Origin: an uncultured bacterium
GTDB lineage: Bacteria; Acidobacteriota; Blastocatellia; Pyrinomonadales; Pyrinomonadaceae
Assembly: GCA_965649955.1 (NCBI GenBank)
Contig: CBFGMX010000001.1
Span: 16,032-80,031 of the forward strand
DNA: 64,000 bases
Reading direction: 5' to 3'
Shown here: piece by piece, positions 27,249-35,222 of the stretch
How the letters are laid out: each line of letters opens with the position of its first letter
How positions within the stretch are numbered: the first letter of the stretch is position 1
Notes under the pieces: generated by a model
The model's database searches: none
What the model was told of the DNA's origin: nothing
What the model saw: the letters and a program-made list of their open reading frames with translations, nothing else
Translations under genes and position numbers: made by a program

Positions 27249-28025
27249 ATGACTTATTCGCCTCTTGAACTCAAAGGCAAGGTTGCCGTCGTCGTTGGCG
27301 GCACTTCAGGTATCGGACGCGCCATCGCGCACGGACTTGCCCAGGCCGGCGCTGACGTCGTTCCCACTTCTCGCCGTGCCGATCAGGTTGAAGCCGCGGC
27401 ACGCGAAATTGAAAACTTTGGCCAGCGTTCCCTCCGCGTGTCGTCAGATGTTTCCGACCGCGCATCGCTCGAACGCCTCCTGGCCGAAACCATTCAAGCC
27501 TTCGGCAAAGTCGACATCCTCGTCAACTCCGCCGGCCGCACCAAACGCGCGCCCACGATCGACTTCCCGGAAGACGACTGGAACGCCATCATCGACACAA
27601 ACCTCAACGGCACCCTGCGCACTTGCCAGGTCTTCGGCAAACACATGCTCGAACGTGAGTCCGGCAGCATCATCAATATCGCCTCTCTTTCAACCTTCGT
27701 TGCATTGCACGAAGTGGCGGCGTACTCGGCGAGTAAAGCCGCCGTCGGTTCGCTCACGAAATCGCTTGCGGTCGAATGGTCCAGCCGTGGCGTTCGCGTC
27801 AACGCGATTGCTCCCGGTGTTTTTCGCACTGCGTTGAATCACAAGCTGCTTGACGAAACAGAACGCGGACGCGAATACCTGATACGCACGCCGATGCGTC
27901 GCTTCGGCAATGTCGATGAACTGGCGGGGGCAGCGATCTTCCTGGCTTCTGACGCGGCGAGTTTTGTCACGGGCGAAATCATCGCCGTCGACGGTGGATT
28001 CCTGGCAAGTGGCGTAAATCAATAA
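27249..28025 (+). CDS. SDR-family oxidoreductase, KduD/gluconate-5-dehydrogenase-like
   Basis: GGTSGIGRAIA cofactor motif, catalytic YSASKAAV, and C-terminal SFVTGEIIAVDGG. Confidence 0.85.
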   Translation: MTYSPLELKGKVAVVVGGTSGIGRAIAHGLAQAGADVVPTSRRADQVEAAAREIENFGQRSLRVSSDVSDRASLERLLAETIQAFGKVDILVNSAGRTKRAPTIDFPEDDWNAIIDTNLNGTLRTCQVFGKHMLERESGSIINIASLSTFVALHEVAAYSASKAAVGSLTKSLAVEWSSRGVRVNAIAPGVFRTALNHKLLDETERGREYLIRTPMRRFGNVDELAGAAIFLASDAASFVTGEIIAVDGGFLASGVNQ

Positions 28026-28047
28026 CAACTCCAAGGAGTGAAAGCAC

Positions 28048-29643
28048 ATGGACGAGATCGCGAATGCCGCTGCGCTTCCTTCCAAGACGTCGCCGGCTCC
28101 AGACTCGCAAGCGCAGTCGACGAGTCAAACAGCCGTCTCCTCCGCGGCAGTTACCCCCGAGACAGTGGGCCAGCGGATCGGACGTTATCGCTGGGTCATT
28201 TGCGCGCTCCTGTTCTTCGCGACCACCGTCAACTACGTTGACCGCCAGGTGCTCGGCATCCTTGCGAAAGATCTGAAAGAAGCGATCGGCTGGACCGAAG
28301 TCGATTACGGAAACATCGTCGCCTCTTTCAATGCGGCTTATGCATTCGGACTGTTGCTTGCCGGTCGTTTGATGGACCGCATCGGCACACGTGCCGGTTA
28401 TGCCCTGGCGCTCGTCTGGTGGAGTTTGGCCGCGATGGGCCATGCACTCGCGCGCACGCCGTTTGGTTTCGGTGTGGCGCGTGCGGCGCTGGGAATTGGC
28501 GAGGCGGGAAACTTTCCGGCGGCGATCAAGACTGTGGCCGAATGGTTTCCGAAGAAAGAGCGTGCGTTTGCGACCGGTCTTTTCAACGCGGGTTCGAACG
28601 TCGGCGCGATCGTCGCTCCGCTGACCGTGCCGTGGATCGCGGCCAATTGGGGCTGGAAAGCCGCGTTTATCCTGACTGGCGCAATCGGGTTCGTGTGGTT
28701 GTTCTTCTGGTTGCCGATCTATCGCCGGCCGCAAGAGCATCCAAAGGTTTCGCGCGCGGAGTTGGACCACATCCAAAGCGATCCACCCGATCCGCCGGCA
28801 GCTAAGATTCCGTGGATGCGACTGGTCCCGCACCGGCAGACGTCTGCGTTTGCGATCGGGAAATACCTTACGGATCCGGTCTGGTGGTTCTATCTCTACT
28901 GGATTCCGGGTTTTTTCCGCGAGCAATACGGTCTCGACTTACTCGCCGTAGGCCCGCCTCTAATCATCATCTATGTGATTGCCGACATCGGCAGCATCGG
29001 CGGTGGCTGGCTCTCGTCGGCGTTCATCAAACGCGGCTGGACCATCAACCGCGCACGCAAGACAGCCATGTTGATCTGTGCGATTGCCGTGACGCCAATC
29101 ATCTTTGCATCGCAGATAAAAAACATCTGGGTGGCGGCGGTGCTCATCGGCTTTGCGGCCGCTGCGCATCAGGGTTGGTCGTGCAATCTGTTCACTACGA
29201 CGTCTGACATGTTTCCACGGAACGCGGTCGGTTCTGTTGTGGGCATTGGCGGGATGGCGGGCGCCCTGGGCGGCGCGACGATGGCAGTCGCAACGGGTTA
29301 CATTCTCCAGAGCACCGGTCAGAACTATACGATCGTGTTCATGATTGCCGGAACACTGTATCTGATTGCCTTGGCGGTGATTCACTTGCTGGTGCCGCGA
29401 CTCGATCCGGTGGATGATGTCGAACGCGTACCGGTACGAATGTTCTCGACGGGCACGTTTGTTGGATTTGGTTTTGTCGGTCTGATTCTAGGTTCGTTTG
29501 TTGGTTGGTGCTTCGGGCTGGTGACGCGCGTTGCGGGACAAACGCTGTTTCGCTACATGATACTCGCCGGCGCGATCGGCATCGGCATCGGTATCATTAC
29601 GGGTATGTTGTACAGCCAAAGAGACGCGCAACAGGCTCAGTGA
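28048..29643 (+). CDS. exuT: MFS hexuronate transporter (ExuT-like) with extra C-terminal helices
   Basis: RWVICALLFFATTVNYVDRQVLGIL and GIGEAGNFPAAIKTVAEWFPKKERA are typical of the ACS/ExuT subfamily. Confidence 0.82.
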   Translation: MDEIANAAALPSKTSPAPDSQAQSTSQTAVSSAAVTPETVGQRIGRYRWVICALLFFATTVNYVDRQVLGILAKDLKEAIGWTEVDYGNIVASFNAAYAFGLLLAGRLMDRIGTRAGYALALVWWSLAAMGHALARTPFGFGVARAALGIGEAGNFPAAIKTVAEWFPKKERAFATGLFNAGSNVGAIVAPLTVPWIAANWGWKAAFILTGAIGFVWLFFWLPIYRRPQEHPKVSRAELDHIQSDPPDPPAAKIPWMRLVPHRQTSAFAIGKYLTDPVWWFYLYWIPGFFREQYGLDLLAVGPPLIIIYVIADIGSIGGGWLSSAFIKRGWTINRARKTAMLICAIAVTPIIFASQIKNIWVAAVLIGFAAAAHQGWSCNLFTTTSDMFPRNAVGSVVGIGGMAGALGGATMAVATGYILQSTGQNYTIVFMIAGTLYLIALAVIHLLVPRLDPVDDVERVPVRMFSTGTFVGFGFVGLILGSFVGWCFGLVTRVAGQTLFRYMILAGAIGIGIGIITGMLYSQRDAQQAQ

Positions 29644-30740
29644 GTCTTCTCGAGATCAAAGACAAGGCGCAGTGTCGCTGGGACTTAGTGGCGCTCGGCG
29701 AGGTGATGCTGCGGCTGGATCCCGGCGAGGGACGCGTTCACACCGCGCGTAGTTTTCAAGTTTGGGAAGGCGGCGGTGAATACAACGTCGCCCGCGGCTT
29801 GAAACGCTGTTTTGGAATGGATGCGGCGATCGTGACGGCGCTCGCCGACAACGCGGTCGGACGGTTGGTCCAGGATCTGATCTACCAGGGCGGTGTGGAC
29901 CAGTCGCACCTCAAATGGGTGAAGTTCGACGGCGTCGGACGCACGGTCCGCAACGGGCTCAACTTCACGGAACGGGGTTTTGGCGTGCGCGCCGCTGCTG
30001 GTTGCTCCGACCGTGGCCACACGGCGGTGTCGCAGTTAAAGCCCGGCGATATCGATTGGGACCAGGTGTTTGCGCAGGAAGGCGCGAGATGGTTTCACAC
30101 GGGTGGTATCTTCTGTGCTCTGTCGGAGACGACGCCCGCGGTCGCACGTGAGGCGATGCAGATCGCGAAGAAACACGGCGCCGTCGTTTCTTACGATCTC
30201 AATTACCGCGACTCGTTGTGGCGCTCGATCGGCGGCAGAGAACGGGCGGTCGCCGTCAATCGTGAACTGGCGCCGCTGGTCGACGTCATGATCGGAAACG
30301 AAGAAGACTTCACCGCCGCGCTCGGCTTCGAGGTTGAAGGTCTCGACGAACATCACTCAAAGCTAGACGTCGAAAACTTCCGCCGCATGATCGAAAAAGC
30401 CGTCGCCGAGTTTCCCAACTTCCAGGCCGTCGCGACGACGCTGCGCAACGCGAAGACCGCGACAATCAACGACTGGGGCGCTGTTTGTTATGCCGGTGGC
30501 GAGCTTTACCGCGCGCCCGTTCGCGAGAATCTCGAGATCCTTGATCGCGTCGGTGGCGGCGATTCATTTGCTTCCGGGCTCATCTACGGCTTTTTGACGG
30601 GTCGGGGGCCGCAGTGGGCCGTTGAATGCGGTGCCGCGCATGGTGCGTTGGCGATGACGACGCCCGGCGACACTACGATGGCAACGCTCGCTGAAGTCGA
30701 GCGCGTGATGAAGGGCGGAACCGCAAGGGTAGACCGTTGA
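29640..30740 (+). CDS. kdgK: 2-dehydro-3-deoxygluconokinase (PfkB family)
   Basis: LVALGEVMLRLDPGEG, GGGEYNVARGL, GGGDSFASGLIYG. GTG at 29640 overlaps the exuT stop (GTGA). The track start at 29505 lies inside exuT. Confidence 0.85.
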   Translation: MSLLEIKDKAQCRWDLVALGEVMLRLDPGEGRVHTARSFQVWEGGGEYNVARGLKRCFGMDAAIVTALADNAVGRLVQDLIYQGGVDQSHLKWVKFDGVGRTVRNGLNFTERGFGVRAAAGCSDRGHTAVSQLKPGDIDWDQVFAQEGARWFHTGGIFCALSETTPAVAREAMQIAKKHGAVVSYDLNYRDSLWRSIGGRERAVAVNRELAPLVDVMIGNEEDFTAALGFEVEGLDEHHSKLDVENFRRMIEKAVAEFPNFQAVATTLRNAKTATINDWGAVCYAGGELYRAPVRENLEILDRVGGGDSFASGLIYGFLTGRGPQWAVECGAAHGALAMTTPGDTTMATLAEVERVMKGGTARVDR

Positions 30741-31393
30741 TGTCCGATAAAGCTGAAGTCATTCAAACAATTCGCGAGACCGGCATCATCCCTGTCGTGC
30801 GTGCACAGTCTGCTGACGAAGCGATGAAGGCAATCGACGCGATTCGGGCGGGTGGTATTTCGATCCTCGAGATCACGATGACCGTGCCGGGCGCTGTGGG
30901 TGTGATTGAAGAAGTTTCGCAGCGGTATGGAAGCGAAGCTTTAGTCGGTGCGGGCACTGTACTCGACGGCGAAACGGCGCGGGCGTGTATTCTCGCCGGC
31001 GCGCGGTTTGTCGTGAGTCCTTCGTTGAACCTGGAGACGATCGAGGTGTGTCGTCGCTACGGGATCGCGGTGATGCCCGGGGCGCTGACGCCGACGGAGG
31101 TGGTCCAGGCGTGGTCGGCGGGCGCCGACTTCGTGAAAGTGTTCCCGGCGGGCGCAGTGGGAGGCGCGAGTTACATCAAATCGTTGAAAGCGCCGCTGCC
31201 GCAGATCGAGCTCGTTCCAACTGGCGGCGTGTCGTTGAAGACGGCCGCGGATTTCATTAAGGCCGGTGCGAGTGCGTTAGGTGTTGGAGCAGATTTGGTG
31301 GATGTAAAGGCGATCCGCGAAGGTCAACCTGGATTGATTACTGAACGCGCGCGGGAGTTTGTGCGGATCGTTAAGGAAGCCCGGACCTCTTAA
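30737..31393 (+). CDS. eda: KDPG / 4-hydroxy-2-oxoglutarate aldolase
   Basis: IIPVVRAQSADEA, LEITMT, GAGTVLD, and Schiff-base Lys context ADFVKVFPA. ATGA overlap with kdgK. Confidence 0.88.
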   Translation: MMSDKAEVIQTIRETGIIPVVRAQSADEAMKAIDAIRAGGISILEITMTVPGAVGVIEEVSQRYGSEALVGAGTVLDGETARACILAGARFVVSPSLNLETIEVCRRYGIAVMPGALTPTEVVQAWSAGADFVKVFPAGAVGGASYIKSLKAPLPQIELVPTGGVSLKTAADFIKAGASALGVGADLVDVKAIREGQPGLITERAREFVRIVKEARTS

Positions 31394-31576
31394 ACACAAA
31401 GAGGCACAAGATTTAGCCACAAAGAGGCACAAGGGCAAGACACAAAAAGGCACAAGTTAAATTCAACTCAACGCAGTTTCGAGCCTCGGCACATCCCAAC
31501 CTCTGTCGTGTTATCTTGTGCCTCTTCGTGATCATTTCTTGTGCCTTTTTGTGTCTTGATCTTGTGCCTCTTTGTG
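31394..31576. repeat. long hairpin element built from three direct and three inverted 16-nt CACAAAGAGGCACAAG units
   Basis: 31395-31412 is perfectly complementary to 31559-31576 (18 nt). 31436-31456 is perfectly complementary to 31538-31558 (21 nt). The element fills the whole convergent spacer between eda and the GntR gene. Confidence 0.8.
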
Positions 31577-32305
31577 TTACCGTTCTTCCTCTTCCTGCGC
31601 TTTCTGGGCGAGCATCAGGTGATCTCGCATAGCGGCGCGCGCGGCTTCGGGATTGCGATCACGAATCGCGCGGTAGATTGCTCGGTGCATCTCTGCCGAT
31701 TCTTTCAAGTCGCGGGCGCGGTTCACCGTCTTCTTGCGCACTTCGAAGAGGATCGTCGCGACCATGTTCATCAGCGCCGTGAGAATTCGATTGCCTGAAG
31801 CGGCGGCGACTGTTTGATGAAACCGCATGTCGTGGACCAGAAACTGTTCCGGTTCGTCCAGCGATGCAAACATGCCGGCGATCTCTTCCGACATCTGGGC
31901 CATCTCTTCACCGGTGGCGCGCTCCGCGGCCAGCGCCGCAATCGCCATCTCCAGCGAACGTCGCGCTTCAAACATTTCTGCCGGCGTGAATCGTTGCAGC
32001 GAAGCCATCAAACGCAGCGGACTGCTATCGAGTGACGGTGGCCCTTCAGCCTCGACGACGAACGTGCCCGCGCCGCGTCGCGGTTGCAACACGCCGACGG
32101 CGGCGAGCGAACTGATTCCCGCGCGCAAGGTCGGGCGGCTGACTCCAAGACGCTTCGCCAGATCTCTTTCCGGCGGCAGCCGATCGCCTGGCCGCAGCTC
32201 GCCCTTATGAATCATTTCGCGAAGCTGCGAAACGACTTCCTCGAAAGTCGTTCCGCGCCGTTCCGCATCGATCGTTTTGAAAATGTTGGCGTTTGCCTGG
32301 CTCAT
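31577..32305 (-). CDS. GntR-family (FadR/FCD subfamily) transcriptional regulator
   Basis: wHTH region GDRLPPERDLAKRLGVSRPTLRAGISSL and an FCD-like helical C-terminus. Confidence 0.88.
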   Translation of the reverse strand: MSQANANIFKTIDAERRGTTFEEVVSQLREMIHKGELRPGDRLPPERDLAKRLGVSRPTLRAGISSLAAVGVLQPRRGAGTFVVEAEGPPSLDSSPLRLMASLQRFTPAEMFEARRSLEMAIAALAAERATGEEMAQMSEEIAGMFASLDEPEQFLVHDMRFHQTVAAASGNRILTALMNMVATILFEVRKKTVNRARDLKESAEMHRAIYRAIRDRNPEAARAAMRDHLMLAQKAQEEEER

Positions 32306-32362
32306 GTCGGTGCTGTGATTAGCTTATCCTCCCGCTCTCATTATTGAAAGCAGATTCAGCAG

Positions 32363-34918
32363 TTAGTTTCTTCCAGTCGGAATCGATTGTCTCGCGGTGC
32401 TCTCCATTTCGGTCGCCGCGAGCAGCAGCGACCCGACTCCCTTGGGATCGTTCGTCACCACTTTCTCGCTCAGGTAGTACTCGTAACTTCCATCGCGATA
32501 TGGATTACCGCCTAAACCGGCAACGCTGACGGTCCCTTCGAGATTGAGTTGGCCGTTGGCGTCAGTCTTCAAGAACTTTTCGGCGATCCCGCGATATCCA
32601 TCTTCAGCAACACGAAAATACCGCGGCGGCAAATACCCAAGACGGGCGCCCTTCGCTAACGCATAGACAAACATGCACGCCGCCGACGACTCGAGATAGT
32701 TTCCCTTCGCAGTGGCTTTATCCATCACTTGATACCAGAGCCCCGAGCGTGGCTCCTGATATTTGGCAACTGTTTCAGCCAGGCGATTCAGAATTGAAAT
32801 CAACTCAGCGCGTTGCGGATGGTTTTGCGGAAAGTAGTCGAGCGTGTCGACGAGCCCCATCGCAAACCAGCCCATCGCGCGTCCCCAGAAGTGTGGCGAA
32901 CGCCCCGTATCAGGATTGGCCCAACGCTGCTTTCGCGATTCATCCCAGCCGTGATAGAGCAACCCGGTCTTGTCGTCACGTGAATGGCGTTCCATCAGGA
33001 TGAACTGTTTCGCGATATCGTCGAACGCGGCCGGCTCGTTAAAAGTGGCGGCCCATTCGGCGTAAAACGGCTCGCCCATGTAGAGGCCGTCTAGCCACAT
33101 TTGATACGGATAGATTTTCTTGTGCCAGAATCCGCCTTCGGAAGTGCGTGGATGCGTTTTCAACTGTTCGCGTAAGCGCGTGGCCGCTTTCAGGTATTTC
33201 TCCTGCTTCGTCTCTTTGTAGAGCATGAGCAGGTTTCGGCCTGGCAGGATGTGATCGATGTTGTACTCCTCGATCGTGTAGGTGCGAATGGATCCATCGC
33301 CGGCGACGAAGTGGTCCATGCTGTCCTGGATGAACTTGAAGTATTTCCTGTCGCCAGTGTTGATCCAAACCCGCTCTATGCCTTTCAGCACGAGTCCGTG
33401 ATCGTAGGTCCACTTTGCCGGATAGCCGTTTTCCTTTTTCGCCGCGTCTCGCCAAAGCGCCGTCATCGCCGTTGCGGCTACGCTTTCCGAGATCGGCTTT
33501 GTCGATACGATGTTATCGACTGACCGGCCGTTAATCCTGACGTTATCGTGCGTCATGTCCTGCACGTTCTTCACGATGCTGCCGTTGGCGACGTTGTCGA
33601 ACGTGCAATCAGTCAGGCGTAGGTTCAGGATCGGTGCCCCGGGGAGACCCTGGACGTCGAGTGCGTGCTTGCTCTTCGTGCTGTGCAGGCGATCGACCGT
33701 GTAATCGCGCACGACCGGCGTAAACGAACCTTTCGCACCCTCTTCGTAGTTGAAATCGATCGTGATCACCGCATGGGCCACCTGGCCGACTTCTATGTTC
33801 CGGAAGTGCAGATGTTCCAGCAGTCCGCCGCGCATCGCGTTGTTCTTCACGCGCAACGCGTGATCGAGGTTTGGACTGTCGAGCCGGCAGTTTTCGGCGA
33901 ACAGGTTTCGCACGCCGCCGGAGATCTCGCTGCCGATTGTGATCCCGCCGTGACCGTCTTTCATCTGACAACCCTGCACGATGATGTTCTCGGTTGGCGT
34001 TTTAAGGCGGCGGCCATCGGCGTTGCGACCTGACTTGATCGCGATGCAATCGTCGCCCGTATCGAAGTAGGAATCCTTAATCAACACGTCGGTGCACGAT
34101 TCCGGATTGCAGCCGTCGTTGTTTGGTCCATGACTGTTGATGTGCACGTTTTGAATGGTCACGTTGCGGCACAGCACCGGATGAATCTCCCACATCGGCG
34201 AGTTTTGAACCGTGACGCCCTCGATCAGCACGTTCTGGCAACGATAAGGCTGAATGAATTGCGGCCTTAAATAGTGACCTTCGCCGAAGATGCGTTCGCG
34301 AACCGGAACGCCTTTTTCGGCCATCGCGAACAGCGCATTGCGATCGGGACGCTGGTGCGGCATTCCCTGTTTCCAACCGTAATGCGGACGGCCGTTCCAT
34401 GGCCACCAGTGTTCCCCATCGCTTTGACCGTCGAGTGTCCCTTTGCCGGTGATGGCGATGTTTCGCTGCTCGAACGCATAGATGAAAGGTGAGTAGTTGA
34501 AAACCTCGACGCCTTCCCAGCGTGAAAAGACTACCGGCAGGAAGTCCTTCGGGTTCTGACTGAACTTGATCGTTGCGCCTTCGGAGACTTCGAGGTTGAC
34601 GTTGTTCTTCAGATGAATGGCGCCCGTGAGATATGTTCCGGCCGGAACGACGACTTTGCCGCCACCCGCCCTCGTACATTGATCGATTGCACGTCGAAAC
34701 GCGGCAGTGCAGTCAGTCTTTCCATCGCCCTTGGCGCCGAATCGATTGAGATTGAACGTGCGTTTCGGAAAACGAGGCGGTTTGATGCGCTCGAGGATCG
34801 AAGGCATCACCGTTTCCCACGGACTTGCCTCGGCGCCGAACGCGATAAAACGCGGCGCAACGGCGATCGCGACGCCGCCAACCAGAAGGCTTTTAATGAA
34901 TTCGCGTCGTGTAGTCAT
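32363..34918 (-). CDS. Tat-exported bifunctional GH28 polygalacturonase-like / GH105 unsaturated rhamnogalacturonyl hydrolase-like fusion
   Basis: Tat motif MTTRREFIKSL. GH28 signatures NDGCNPE, GDDCIAIKSG, GHGGITIGSE and RVKN. C-terminal GH105 signatures YPAKWTYDHGLVLKG and EGGFWHKKIYPYQMWLDGLYMGEPFY. Confidence 0.85.
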   Translation of the reverse strand: MTTRREFIKSLLVGGVAIAVAPRFIAFGAEASPWETVMPSILERIKPPRFPKRTFNLNRFGAKGDGKTDCTAAFRRAIDQCTRAGGGKVVVPAGTYLTGAIHLKNNVNLEVSEGATIKFSQNPKDFLPVVFSRWEGVEVFNYSPFIYAFEQRNIAITGKGTLDGQSDGEHWWPWNGRPHYGWKQGMPHQRPDRNALFAMAEKGVPVRERIFGEGHYLRPQFIQPYRCQNVLIEGVTVQNSPMWEIHPVLCRNVTIQNVHINSHGPNNDGCNPESCTDVLIKDSYFDTGDDCIAIKSGRNADGRRLKTPTENIIVQGCQMKDGHGGITIGSEISGGVRNLFAENCRLDSPNLDHALRVKNNAMRGGLLEHLHFRNIEVGQVAHAVITIDFNYEEGAKGSFTPVVRDYTVDRLHSTKSKHALDVQGLPGAPILNLRLTDCTFDNVANGSIVKNVQDMTHDNVRINGRSVDNIVSTKPISESVAATAMTALWRDAAKKENGYPAKWTYDHGLVLKGIERVWINTGDRKYFKFIQDSMDHFVAGDGSIRTYTIEEYNIDHILPGRNLLMLYKETKQEKYLKAATRLREQLKTHPRTSEGGFWHKKIYPYQMWLDGLYMGEPFYAEWAATFNEPAAFDDIAKQFILMERHSRDDKTGLLYHGWDESRKQRWANPDTGRSPHFWGRAMGWFAMGLVDTLDYFPQNHPQRAELISILNRLAETVAKYQEPRSGLWYQVMDKATAKGNYLESSAACMFVYALAKGARLGYLPPRYFRVAEDGYRGIAEKFLKTDANGQLNLEGTVSVAGLGGNPYRDGSYEYYLSEKVVTNDPKGVGSLLLAATEMESTARQSIPTGRN

Positions 34919-34967
34919 GAAGTCTGGGTTATTGTGCCGGCACCTTAGGCGGCTCGGTTGTGTTTGA

Positions 34968-34980
34968 GTGGTAAGACCAA
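34968..34980. promoter_or_regulatory. GntR-type operator candidate GTGGTAAGACCAA (copy 1)
   Basis: Core TGGT-AAG-ACCA inverted repeat, 50 nt upstream of the GH28-GH105 start. Identical 13-mer at 35205-35217. Confidence 0.4.
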
Positions 34981-35204
34981 GAGGCTATGGAAGTGGTATA
35001 TGGCAGGGCCTAAAACTTGAGTCCGATGTGGCTATGGAGATCCGTTTCGGAGACCACCCAAACTCGTTCACTGGCGTTAGTTCTGGCGACGAGACGAGGC
35101 TTCGACCTCCTCGCTGATTTGCATTTGCAGGCGCCGTATTTTGCCTCGCCCGCAGTGACAGTGTCAAGGATGAATAAATTACCAATCGATGCGCCTGAGC
35201 CGTC

Positions 35205-35217
35205 GTGGTAAGACCAA
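35205..35217. promoter_or_regulatory. GntR-type operator candidate GTGGTAAGACCAA (copy 2)
   Basis: Identical 13-mer, 237 bp from copy 1, just downstream of the S9 peptidase stop. Confidence 0.35.
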
Positions 35218-35222
35218 TGGCT

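Noticed and set aside
31458-31512. The shared loop core ACTCAAC fits the integron attC R-box pattern RYYYAAC.
   Set aside because: The motif sits in the centre of the hairpins rather than at their outer ends. There is no integron integrase and no cassette-like gene organisation. A 7-mer match to a degenerate pattern is expected by chance.
31394-31576. A possible CRISPR array, because of repeated 16-nt units. The same question arises at 61695-61830.
   Set aside because: The units are too short and directly abut one another or sit 2-7 nt apart, with no unique spacers. Half of them are inverted, forming a hairpin. No cas genes are in the window.
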